From assembly GCF_001194135.2 (NCBI RefSeq), contig NC_068982.1, positions 17,113,894 to 17,146,072 of the forward strand: a stretch of 32,179 bases of DNA, given 5' to 3'. Both the position numbers and the translations under genes were made by a program. The notes under the pieces were generated by a model. It had not been told where the DNA came from, searched no databases, and was given only the letters and a program-made list of their open reading frames with translations. How positions within the stretch are numbered: the stretch's first letter is position 1; each line of letters begins with the position of its first letter. Positions 10,565 to 21,584 of the stretch are shown here, piece by piece. This stretch comes from Octopus bimaculoides (lineage: Eukaryota).

Positions 10565-11182
10565 CCCTTTAGTATTTAAACCGGCCATATCAGGTTCAAA
10601 TATTCTACCTGTTTTATGGTCAAACCGGCCAGATCCAGCCTTTCACACTTACCCTACAATATCATTCTTAAAATAAACAATAACATCGTCAAAATATTGA
10701 AGCTACAAGATAATAGGCAATAAATTGAAAACAATGTGAACTAGAAAAGTACTCTGAGAGCGCAGATCTCCGCCAAACAGCTCATTTTAAGATAGATACG
10801 CGAGTACAATTACTAATAGAGAAACGAAAATAAACTTTGGAAATGGCAATGCCACCATAGGTTATGTGGAAATGATGAACGTGTTTTCAAGGGAGATAAT
10901 CAAAGAACGTAACATTGTAATATTTCATGTAAAGTAAATATAACAAATGAAGAATCCTTCAGGAATCCATAAAAATTCCACGGATCACTACCAAAATTTC
11001 ATCATCTATTCCTTGTGTCATTACCAACTTTTCCTGCAAGTTTCATCAAATACTATTCACAACTTTTTGAGTGATTTTGCACACAGACAGACAAACTAAC
11101 GCCGAGGAAAACATAACTTCCTTCCTTGGCAGAGGTTATAAATAAGCATTACATTTGACAGAGTAATCTGAATATTAAAGGG
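10565..11182. mobile_element. piggyBac-type MITE (TTAA TSD) interrupted by a Helentron-type element
   Basis: TTAA|ccctttag ... taaaggg|TTAA; sequence matches the uninterrupted copy at 16605-16825. Confidence 0.82.
10740..11137 (+). mobile_element. Non-autonomous Helentron-associated (HINE/DINE-1-like) element
   Basis: Subterminal ctccgcc near one end; (CAGA)n then acttcc...ggcagaggt hairpin at the other; no TSD; sits at an AA/TT site of the host MITE. Confidence 0.6.
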
Positions 11183-12805
11183 TTAAGTTAATAGGGTAGC
11201 TTGGTTCGTTGTCTAAAAGAAGCAATGCCTTGTTGTACCTTTCCGTAGCAGAACAAAAAAAAAATGTTTGTTAACCACTGCCTTCTTATTTGAACGCCAA
11301 ATCAGAAGTAAATTAAACTTTCGTAACCCTTGAAAGCCTTTGTATTTTGGAGTGATATACGAGTAGTAATAGTCTTGTCGCCAGAGGCATTCCTCCCTCA
11401 CTCCACCCCAGAAGAATCATCAGGCGATTCTAGGAAACTTGAAATACTAGTGCTGGTTTTTTTTCTCGAGAAATATAAGTTCTAACAGGCATGAACATCC
11501 AGGAAAATGTAGTTTATCAACATTGTAAACTTGTTCTGCTGTGTTGCCCGCCCCACTCAGCAATCATTTCTTTTTTCTGATTGTTTGTTGTTTTTTGGGC
11601 GGAGCGGGGACAGCTAGGGACAAATAGCAACAGGCTTTGTTTCAGATTTGCCGGCTTCGTGAGTCACTTTTATGATGTACAAATTGAAGTGCTTCTTGAA
11701 TATCAAACCGGTGTTTATTAGCCAAGAGATGTAAAAATAATAGCACCAGGAAATGTTTTATGAGAGCAAAAAATTGTCTTAATCTTATTGACGTAAGAAT
11801 GGGAATGAGATGAAATGGTGAAAGTGTGAGGTGAGATGAAGTACTTTTGAAGAGTTACCAAGTTCGTAGTCACTTTACCCTGGCATGAGCCATAAACACT
11901 TCAAACTCTACTCATACACATTTCGTTGCATAATATACTACGTACCTAGCTACAGACATTGCTATTATTAGTAGTATTGGTGGCGGTAGGAATATTGTTG
12001 GTGACGAAAGTGGTCGTGTTGTTTTTTAATTGTTACTATTTAGTCTCAATTCAATCCTCATTTAACAAAGACATTTCATTCAAAATTTTAAACTACACTA
12101 CAATATTAACCCATGTGCACATTGTAAGATCGCACCCTTGATGCAAGTATGACGAAGAGTCGATCTAATATTTCAATCCGCTAATATTACATAGCTTTTC
12201 ACATAGAACTTTTGCATGCAATGAGGTTTAAAACAGTAACACAGAGACAATTGTAACTGGTCATCAAAGATGTGCTTTGCTCTTTCTTTGTCTTTTCATT
12301 TTTGCATAAACACGTTTACATACATGAGTCATTCAAATATCGATAATTCTGCAACAACGCCACTTATTGTTAATTCTCCCATTGTATTTGTATGCCAGCA
12401 GTTACAATATCTTCTCAAACATAAAAATTGCATAAAGCCTGTCAACACTTCCAGTTTCATCGTCTCCCTCCCTTAAATTGTAGTTGTATGCATTACTGCA
12501 TCTGCAGGAAACCATGTGTTCACACGTGAATAATCTTCATCTTTCTTCCTTTTCTTTTCTTTTATGGTCCTTAACAACTGTTTCGCCCATTTGAAAATAT
12601 TGATTATAACGGTGGTCATGATATACATAAATGTATATACATAGGCACCACACACACGCTCTTGAGTTATATAACGGGAATGGAAAATTGATTCAAAGAA
12701 ACTAGAGTGAATATATTTTACAACCTTGNNNNNNNNNNNNNNNNNNNNNNNNNNNNNNNNNNNNNNNNNNNNNNNNNNNNNNNNNNGTATTATATATATA
12801 TATAT

Positions 12806-13460
12806 CATCATCATCATTATTTAACGTCTGCTTTCCATGCTGGCATGGGTTGGACGGTTTGACTGAGGACTGGCGAGCCAGATGGCTGCACCAGGCTCCA
12901 ATCTGATCTGGCAGAGTTTCTACAGCTGGATGCCCTTCCTAACGCCAATCACTCAGATAGTGTAGTGGGTGCTTTTACGTGCCACCGGCACGCGGGCCAG
13001 TCAGGCGGTACTGGCAACGGCCACGCTCAAATGGTGTATTTTATGTGCCACCCGCACAGGAGCCCGTCCAGCGGCACTGGCAACGACCTCGCTCGAATGT
13101 TGTTTTTCACGTGCCAGTGCGACGCTGGTAACGATCACGCTCGAATGGTGCTTTTTATGTTTCTACCGGCACGGGAGCCAGTCAGCGGCCCTGGCAACGA
13201 TCACGCTCAGACGGTGCTTTTAACGTTCCACTGGCACCCACCATCATCTGTGTTTGTTTTAGCAGGGTTTTTACGGCTGGATGCCCTTTCTAACGCCAAC
13301 CACTCCACAGAGTAATTTGAGTGCTTTGTATGTGGCATTCACACAGGTGAGGTCATTTTTGGCATAGTTTTTACAGCTGGAAGCCCTTCCAAATGCCAAC
13401 CACCTTACAGTGTGGACTGGGCGCTTTTCAAGTGGCACCAGCATTGGCAGAGTCACCAAG
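12806..13460 (-). mobile_element. SINE/LINE-tail element (family 3) with (GAT)n tail and internal repeats of about 60 bp
   Basis: catcatcat-ttaacgtc-gctttccatgct...ctacagctggatgcccttcctaacgcc. Related copies at about 19958-20178 (-), 22960-23130 (+) and 27243-27585 (-). RTE-like 3' end by recall. Confidence 0.8.
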
Positions 13461-13589
13461 TAACTTTGCAAGACAAGGAGTCTTTGAGAGGGGTCGGGGT
13501 ATTGGAGGAGGTGATCTTGCGTCAGATGATGAAAGGTTAGAGTGTGACAGAGACAAACAGATGTCTTGTAGTGGGTGGGGGGGATACAT

Positions 13590-13900
13590 TGTTACCCAAC
13601 CAGAGAGAGGGAGAAGGAGAGAAAGAGAGCAAGGGTTAACAAAAATGAGGGCAGAAACAGGTATGCTGTTGAAGTGGAGAGACTTGGTTACCTAAAGAGT
13701 GAGGGAGAGTTAACAAGAAAGGTGTGCTGCTGTAAAGGAGATACATGATTACCTAACCAGAGGTAAGAGCAAGAGGAGGGAGAGAGAGTGATCAAGAAAG
13801 AGGGGAGAAACAGGTTTGTTGTTGTAGAGAGGATACATGATTACTCGGCCAGAGGGAAGAGCAAGGGAGAGACAAGAGCAGGAGAGGGATGGCAGGAAGT
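13590..13900. repeat. Degenerate purine-rich tandem repeat (about 60-70-bp units)
   Basis: Recurring gagaggggagaaacagg..tgttg..gaggagatacatg.ttacct units. Confidence 0.55.
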
Positions 13901-14272
13901 GCAGTCTGCAATTAATCAATTTATAAGAAAAGCAAACTAAAGGTATCAAGTGTAACCATTTGAATGTTTTAGCAGAACATGATCTATGATCTTAGAAAAC
14001 GACACTACCTATGATATTTAAGATCTCCCTAGACTAGAACAATGACATGGTTCAGATATTTTTTTATATTTATGGGCACAAAAATTCCACCAAGGTCGAC
14101 TTTGCTTTTCATCCTTTCGGGGTTGATAAAGTACCAGTTGCTTACTGGGGCGATCTAATCGACTGGCACCTCTTCCCCAAAAATTTTGGGCCTTGTACCT
14201 AAAGTAGAAAAGAATATTTGTGAGTACAAAGACAAACATGGCCTGTGAGATATATATATATATATATATATA

Positions 14273-14797
14273 CATAGTCATGACAGAAGTAAATAGACAC
14301 CTTTATAATCATTGAAATTTATTTAATTGTTATAATGTGAATATTTGATATTTATTAGACATGCCCTTTGCATTTTTCAATGCAAGGACCCTATTAGGCA
14401 TGCTACTGATAAGATCACAAATACTCACTTGTGGAATTTCTTGCTAAGTTTCATGCAGTAATCACAAAAGATCTGGCTTTGAAAACGTTTTCTTGTTCTT
14501 TTTATGAAGTGTCCTGTCCATTACGTTCCAGAGGTGTTCAAAAGGGTTCATATCTGGTGATTGGCTTAGACATGGAAACTTTTCAATGCTATTCTCATCC
14601 AACAAATCTTGGGTCAATTTAGCTGTATGACAAAGAGCCCCCATCTTCCATAAATAGTCTTCTTTAATCATTTAACCACTGGAGAAGATTGGAAGGAGTC
14701 TTTTCTGCAATATGGACACATTTATCTGAGTTTGTTTTCCTCACACTCCACCAGCTCTGATCAACCATTGCTCCAAATTGCTCCCCAGACCATCACA
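14273..14797 (-). mobile_element. Tc1-type (DD34E) transposase relic
   Basis: GALCHTAKLTQDLL...SQSPDMNPFEHLWNVM matches the Tc1 D.APCHTA...WP..SPDLNPIEN.W motif; frameshifts and stops; truncated by a SINE. Confidence 0.85.
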
Positions 14798-15079
14798 GTT
14801 ACGGGGACGTAAACACACCAGCATCGGTGGTCAAGCGATGGTGGGGAGACAAACACAGACACACAAACATATACACACACACATATATATATATATATAC
14901 ATACATACATATATACGACTGGCTTCTTTCAGTTTCCGTCTACCAAATCCACTCACAAGGTTTTGGTCAGCCCGAGACTATAGTAGAAGACACTTGCCCA
15001 AGGTGACACGCAGTGAGACTGAACCCAGAACCATGCGGTTGGTAAGCAAGCTACTTACCACACAGCCACTCCTGCACCT
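14798..15079 (-). mobile_element. Family-1 SINE inserted at or into the Tc1 relic
   Basis: Matches family-1 head and partial tail. Confidence 0.85.
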
Positions 15080-15555
15080 TGAATAGAATAAAACAAAGAC
15101 TACTTGATTATTTATAAATTCAATTTATTTTTCATATAAAAAATACAGTAATTTGTATTAACTTTTTTTTTTAAACAACCGGGATTTTTTTATTATTATT
15201 AATATTATTATATTTTACAGTTTCATATAATTTTCTGTAACAATCCTTCTCATCTGGGAAATGCAGTCTACATTGATATTTGAAAATTTTCAGGTAAATA
15301 AAAGTGAGATACCATGAATAAGTGAGAATGCATGTTTGTTCAGCTGAAAGGATGTGTAAGTGAATCATCTTTACTTATCACAATTTAATTACAAGGAAAC
15401 CAAAGAAAAACAGAAAAAGAGGGGCGGGCAGATTAAGTAGCAGAAGATGGAGGGGAAAAGAGCAACAGCTCAGAGTAAATGGCATGTTCAGCTTCACCTT
15501 GCAGTCATGACCATGATGACATTGCCACAAAGAACAGCCCATGACACTCACCTCA

Positions 15556-15672
15556 GCAGAAACTCCATCGGTGAGGCCCAATGTACGAAGGTCTTGCCTC
15601 ACCACCTCAGCCCAGGTCTTCCTGGGCCTACCTCTTCCACGGGTTCCCTCAACTGTTAGGGTGTGGCACTTT
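15556..15672 (-). mobile_element. RTE-clade LINE ORF2 C-terminal fragment
   Basis: Reads HTLTVEGTRGRGRPRKTWAEVVRQDL, the G.R.RGRP..TW motif of RTE C-termini. Confidence 0.7.
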
Positions 15673-16228
15673 CTTAATATTGATCAATATTGATTGCAAT
15701 ACTTGGAAGCAGAGTACTTTTTTGTATTGTATTGTATTGATTATAGGTATATTTGTAAGTTTGATGTCTACAATAGTGGGTAGCAAACTAAATTCATCAT
15801 CCATTCTGTTTAACACTGCCACCCATCCATAATGTATCTGTAACAGAATTGTTTTGCATTGTTAAGTATTAAGTTCAGGCTTCCAGTTCATTAATGTTAC
15901 GTTAGTTGTCACTCCAAAATTTGTCTTTGTAATTTGACATACTTGTCAATTGGTTTTATATCATTGCTCAAGAGAAATGCATGTCTAATACTACATTCAT
16001 GTTATGTAGGGCACATCTATGGCTGCATTATATTATCTGAGTGAGAAGCATGTAACATTGTTAAGCTTTGCTGTGTTGTTGTTATATTTCTATGATGATC
16101 ATTGTTATCAGCATAATTCAATGAGTCATAGAAATAATCCTTTCTATAACAATGGACAATGCTCATATCTCTGGCTGACTGACAAATAGGCCGTACACCA
16201 GTTAGCCAGCTTAATACTTGAAAATATT

Positions 16229-16432
16229 TATTTCTTTATTGCCCACAGGTGGGAGCTAAACATAGAGGAGACAAACAAGGACAAAGGGATTAAATCGATT
16301 ACATTGACCCCAGTGCGTAACTGGTACTTATTTAATCGACCTTGGTGGAATTTGAACTCAGAACATAACAGCAGACGAAATACTGCTAAGCATTTCGCCT
16401 GGGGTGCTAACGATTCTGCCAGCTCACCGCCA
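16229..16432 (-). mobile_element. Family-2 SINE with 17-bp target-site duplication
   Basis: taatacttgaaaatatt at 16212-16228 and 16433-16449. Confidence 0.9.
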
Positions 16433-16604
16433 TAATACTTGAAAATATTAATCAGTTTATATAACTAAAACTCACAAGGGACTTTGGCTGCCATTTCTAG
16501 CAGACAGAATGACCACATAGACAACTCCTACATCAAGACATTGGTTCATAAAGCTCCCCCATTAATGGTAGAAAGGGTATCTAGTTGTAGAAGTAATTGT
16601 TTAA

Positions 16605-16825
16605 CCCTTTAGCATTTAAACCGGCCATATCTGGCCAAAAGTATTCTGCTTGTTTTATGTTCAAACTGGCCAAATCTGGTCTCTCACACCAACCCTACAA
16701 TATCGTTTTAAAAATTAACAGCTACCTCATCAAAATCTCATAGCTTCAAGATAATGCATGATCAGTTCAAAACAATGTGGATGAAAAAGCATTAATTTTG
16801 GCAGAATAATGCAAACACTAAAGGG
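16605..16825. mobile_element. piggyBac-type MITE, uninterrupted copy (221 bp)
   Basis: TTAA|ccctttagca ... cactaaaggg|TTAA. Confidence 0.85.
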
Positions 16826-17029
16826 TTAAATCAAATCTATTCCATGTGTTATGGAAAAAAAAAGATGTAAAGAAAAGATTCTAGATTAGTGGTTCTCAAA
16901 AGATGCCCAGTAGGAGTGTCTAGGTACAGCGTAGATTTGATTTTTCTTAACTGTAATTAAGGCTTCAGAAAATCAATACTAAAGTCTAATTCTCTTGCAA
17001 AATTGCATTATTTATAATTTTGTTATCCA

Positions 17030-17215
17030 CAACTATCACCATTTCAACCAGACCATCAGATGCTGTTCTACACCACTGGTCACAATGCGCTTCCAATTAT
17101 GTCTTGATTGGACTATTCTTTTCCATCTTCACCAAAATTGCTTAACTAGATCATCTACCCCTCATTATAGAGGCCTTCCGAGTGGTCTTTTCCAATCTCT
17201 TGGAATACACCCTCA
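17030..17215 (-). mobile_element. RTE LINE 3' fragment
   Basis: Reads roughly IPRDWKRPLGRP...DDLVKQFW.RWKRIVQSRHNWKRI, an RTE C-terminal pattern. Confidence 0.6.
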
Positions 17216-17297
17216 GCAACTATATATCTATTTTTTTTATCTAACTTTTAACTCTAAAACATTTCTGTTTAACTTTTCATGCATCAGTAATTTTCTT

Positions 17298-17303
17298 TTT
17301 ATT
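17298..17303 (-). promoter_or_regulatory. Candidate AS3MT polyadenylation signal (AATAAA on minus strand)
   Basis: tttatt on + about 780 nt downstream of the stop, after AT-rich non-repeat sequence. An ATTAAA alternative lies at about 17436-17441. Confidence 0.35.
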
Positions 17304-18079
17304 TATGTACCATCAAGTTGAACATATTGAAACCTCTGCTTTGGATGTTATGTTAATCCTCCCACCACCACATTTCTTATGAAATACACAGCTAAAGTTT
17401 ATCAATCAATTTTTAAGATCAGTAATCTGGAGAGGTTTAATAAAATAACTGTCATTATCAAGCAGTGTTTGGAACATAACAAAATGTTTTTAAATAATAA
17501 TATGATGAGAAGTTTAAATTTAAGTGTGAATACTTTAAAACACTTTGTATCAGGACCAGAAGCTGTGTCATGCAAGTTGATATCAAAAGAGAGACATATG
17601 CCAGATGAATCTATCTCTAGATAGAATGTCATTTGATTGTAAATATGTGTTCTTCCATAACAAAATAAACTGAGGCATATAGAATAAAGTGTCATTTCCA
17701 GTGTCACAAAACAAATAGCAGCTTGAAAACCTTGGGTTTTTAGCGCAATACTTTACCCAATCATATACAATATAAATGATGTAATATGTATATTACATGA
17801 TTTCTTAAATTCACTTAAGAAATATAACTTCATAGCTTATTTACATCATGAAAGAATTACCAATAAAGAATCTGAAGCAAAAGTTCACAAAAATACAGAA
17901 AATTATTTCATATAATACCCTTCACCAAAGTTCATTTGATTGTTCATTTTCCATGAGAGAAGTTTTGCCTCACAACAAGAAGCAACAGTAGGAATGAGTG
18001 GTGAATAATAATAATTAAGATGCACATCAAATAAATTTAACCATTTACTGATGTAGACACTTCTGTTGTAAAATAAAAA

Positions 18080-18169
18080 TTAGCAGCATTTTTTCCCACC
18101 ACAGCAGGCATTAGCAATGGTTTTCCCAGATGTCTGAAGGGTTTTCAATAACTCAAATGGATTAATCAC
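18080..18169 (-). CDS. AS3MT: AS3MT last coding exon (90 nt including TAA): VINPFELLKTLQTSGKTIANACCGGKKCC*
   Basis: Long polypyrimidine tract and ttaag| acceptor. Matches the vertebrate last exon pattern (ITDPFKL...GGCCGTKKSC*). Confidence 0.9.
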   Translation of the reverse strand: MINPFELLKTLQTSGKTIANACCGGKKCC

Positions 18170-18280
18170 CTTAAAAAGAACAAAATAAAATAATTTTTAT
18201 TAAAATTGAAATTTAAAAAAAGGTAAAGTTTTCTCTTAATTTATTTTACTTATCTAAATTATTCAAAGAATATATTTCTA

Positions 18281-18499
18281 TACAGGGGTGGGGTGCTGAA
18301 AAGTTCCTGGCGTTAAAAGTATCGTGAAAAGTTCAATTGGGGGGTCCAGCCTTCTGAGTTCTTTTACAGGGTTTAGGACCACTGAAAACTGAAGTGTGTG
18401 TGAATTTGAGAGGGGAATATACTGCATAAAATTATAATTAGCTGATTCTCTTGTATTTTCTTTTACTCAAAGCCAGGAACTTTTCAGCCCAGCCTTGTA
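18281..18499. mobile_element. mariner-derived MITE in the last AS3MT intron
   Basis: TAcaggggtggggtgctgaaaagttcctggc ... gccaggaacttttcagcccagccttgTA. Confidence 0.8.
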
Positions 18500-19453
18500 C
18501 ATGGAATGAAGAGGATGCAATTATGACAAAAATTATGCCGTGATCAAACAGACCCAATATACATCTAACAGAATGTAAATCCAGGGTGTTAGTGCTCTGC
18601 AGCCCTGTAAAGCAATTGACCTAGGGAAAGGCCACTCCAGTGTAAAACCTACAGCTTGCTGGTCACAGCAGCTGTTTTAGCCAGCTGAACTACTACGGGC
18701 AGATTGCCAAGTCTGAAGAGTGGGATCAGATGGGACATACTGACTATCACTTTAAAATTACTGAGTGTGGACAGAAATAAATGCCCCGCAGTGATGGATA
18801 AAGAATAAAAAAACAGGCAGGGGACGATACTAGCAGTTGGAGTTTCAACTCTGTATGTAAACAACTGCTTTTCTTCATGATCCTTGTTGATCGTGCTTCA
18901 AATCCCATTATAATCAATTACCACTTTCATTTTTTGTAGTATCAATAACACAAGCACCATCTGATCCAATTGGCAAATATGTTGATTTTGTGTGTTATGA
19001 AAGAAAATCAATATATGACTTGCTTTCTCATATGCTTGAGCAAGAACTAAATACTATTTATATAGATCAGATCAAATCAATGTGTGACACCAATCTATTC
19101 TCTCTCTGTTCCTCTCACACTGAATGTTCAATAATGACAAAGGACTGACACAAATGGCAATTGTTATGTCTTGAGAAGACACGCCCACCTAAGTAAAATT
19201 CATGTCCGTGGACCTACCCCACACACACACATGATCACAGATGATGTACTTTCCTCCCCTCCAGTACCTACCCGCACACAATAAATCCACAGTAAATCCC
19301 TCCCCAACAACACATCCTAAAACCCCCTCCCTCTACTGGTACCCACTCATTACATCCCCCACCACTAGCTCCCCACTCTTCTTTCCCAACCTTGTCTCCT
19401 CATCCACTCACTTACCCTCTCCAATCCCCTGTCCACTTCAAAATATATCATCA

Positions 19454-19594
19454 TACTTTATTTACATTCGGCGGATATTTGTCCTCATCTTGTTTGTTGT
19501 TAACACGTTTCGGCTGATATACCCTCCCGCCTTCTTCTGGTGTCTTGGGGAAATTTGGAACCTGAGTTCTCATTCCTAAGGTATTTTTCGATGC

Positions 19595-19629
<35 letters not shown>

Positions 19630-19923
19630 TCACAGCCTGGAATCAAACTCGGAATTTTGGGGTTAGTAGCCCATACTCTTAACCACTACGCCATATGCCC
19701 GTGGCGTAGTGGTTAAGAGCACGGGCTACTAACCCCAAGATTCCGAGTTCGATTCCAAGCAGTGACCTGAATAATAATAATATCAAAAAATACCTTAGGA
19801 ATGAGAATCCATGTTCAAAATTTCCCCAAGACACATGACGAAGGCTGGAGTGTATATCAGCTGAAACATTGTGTTAACAACAAACAAGATGAGGACAAAT
19901 ATCCGTCAAATGTAAATAATGTA
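19454..19923. mobile_element. 470-bp palindromic element: two divergent tRNA-like heads, each followed by (AAT)n and a hammerhead-like motif
   Basis: Arms are reverse complements about a centre at 19694-19701. A box TGGCGTAGTGG and B box GTTCGATTCC; hammerhead-like cores at 19502-19544 (-) and 19830-19875 (+). Confidence 0.8.
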
Positions 19924-20492
19924 CATAATTCTTCATCTCTTAAATATAGAACTATATATCATCATCATTTTATGTCTACTTTCCATGCTGGCATGGGTTG
20001 GATGGTTTCACTGAGAACAGGTGAGCCAGAGGCTGCACCAGGCTCAATCTGATCTGGCAAAGTTTCTACAGCTGGATGCCCTTCCTAATGCCAACCACTC
20101 CGAGAGTGTAGTGGGTGCTTTTACATGCCAACAGCACGAGGGCCAGTCAGGTGGTACTGGCAATGACCACACTCAAAACATATCCCTGTAACTTAGATGC
20201 ACAGTCCCTGCTCCCTCCCCATCACATCTTCATTTTTTCTCTTCTTTCTGAGGCAGTCATGTTACTCTTGTAATACAGGACACATTTTCTGTCCCTCAAT
20301 ACTACTCCCCTCAGCTGAAGGGTCCTGCAAGTTACCTGGTGACCTCAATGTTGTTGGTGCCATGTAAAAATCACCCAGTATGCTCTATAGAGTAGTTGAG
20401 ATTAGGAAGGACATCCAGCTGATAGAAACCCTGTCGAAACAGACAGCAGAGATTGGTGCAGGCTTCTGGTGGTGATGAATATACATACATAT

Positions 20493-20613
20493 GGAGTGGC
20501 TGTGAGGCAAGTAGCTTGCATGGCACCTTGGGCAAGTATCTTCTACTATAGCCTCGGACCAACCAAAACGTTGTGAGTGGATTTGGTAGACGGAAACTGA
20601 AAGAAGCCCATTG

Positions 20614-20671
<58 letters not shown>

Positions 20672-20848
20672 CTAACCATTGCCTGACAACTGATGTTGGT
20701 GTGTTTACGTCTCCGTATCTTAGCAGTTTGGCAAAAGAGACAATAGGCTAAGTACTAGGCTTACAAAGAATAAGTCCTGGGGTTGATTTGTTTGACTAAA
20801 GGTAAGTGCTCCAGCATGGCCACAATCAAGTGACTGAAACAAGTAAAA

Positions 20849-20886
<38 letters not shown>

Positions 20887-21040
20887 GGCTTCTTTCAGTT
20901 TCCATCAACCAAATCCACTCAAGGCTTTGGTCAACCCGAGGCTATAAAAGACCCTTGCCCAAGGTGTCATGCAGTGGGGTTGAGCCCGGAACCACGTGGT
21001 TAGAAAGTAAGCTTCTTACCACACAGCCACTCCTGCACCT
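20493..21040. mobile_element. Adjacent inverted family-1 SINEs (+ copy 20493-20850; - head 20885-21040)
   Basis: Heads ggagtggctgtg...gaaactgaaagaagccca in opposite orientations. Confidence 0.85.
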
Positions 21041-21458
21041 ATATTATTATTATTATTATTAAGACGTCAAGCTGGAAAAATGCTTAGTGGCATTTCGTGT
21101 CTATGTTCTGAGGTGTAATTCCATTACCTTTACCTTTCAGGGTTGATAAATTGCCCCTATGTTCTGAGTTCAAATTCCACCATGACCTGCATAGGTGGTA
21201 CACTTGAGTTATAGTCCAATTTACCACCTGGCACTTTGAGTGGAGGATGCTATATTGCAACCACCTGGGCCAGGTCTCCTACTTGAGGCTAGTTTCTTCC
21301 TTCTATCCCTCTCAACAGTCTCAGGAGCCTTGCAAATGGGCCATGGACCCCACCTTTCATACCATGCAGTGCCCATGATTAACAAAATATAAAAAAAACT
21401 GTTTTGCTGTGACAGAACAAAATTTTAAATGTTACTTAAGAAGTTAGAGCATACTTAC

Positions 21459-21494
21459 AGCAGAACAACTATCTCCTTCACCAGTTGTTCCACA
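21459..21494 (-). CDS. AS3MT: AS3MT microexon (36 nt): CGTTGEGDSCSA
   Basis: Acceptor ttctatttcag| and donor |gtaagtat; phase 0/0; open frame. SCSA aligns with the vertebrate GCSA segment as recalled. Confidence 0.8.
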
Positions 21495-21584
21495 CTGAAA
21501 TAGAACATAAAAGATCAAAAATTTTAATCCAGTACAAATTTGAATAAAGCTTTAATCTATTCATCTATAACAAACTAACTATTG

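Noticed and set aside
15552-15652. Exonised RTE fragment (ctaacag| ... |gtgagt)
   Set aside because: Splice-like sites are present, but the segment is 101 nt, is TE-derived and has no partner exons identified; needs RNA evidence.
17280-18079. SECIS element or selenocysteine readthrough in AS3MT
   Set aside because: The stop is TAA, there is no in-frame TGA in the recovered exons, and I saw no convincing SECIS stem by eye. SECISearch on the full gene would settle it.
18922-18960. Possible extra 39-nt phase-0 AS3MT exon (MVLVLLILQKMKV) with AG/GT ends
   Set aside because: No polypyrimidine tract, and the peptide has no resemblance to AS3MT; likely chance.
19628-19770. Genuine tRNA gene(s)
   Set aside because: Acceptor and anticodon stems are imperfect, and the heads are fused to an (AAT)n/hammerhead body; treated as tRNA-derived retroelement heads.
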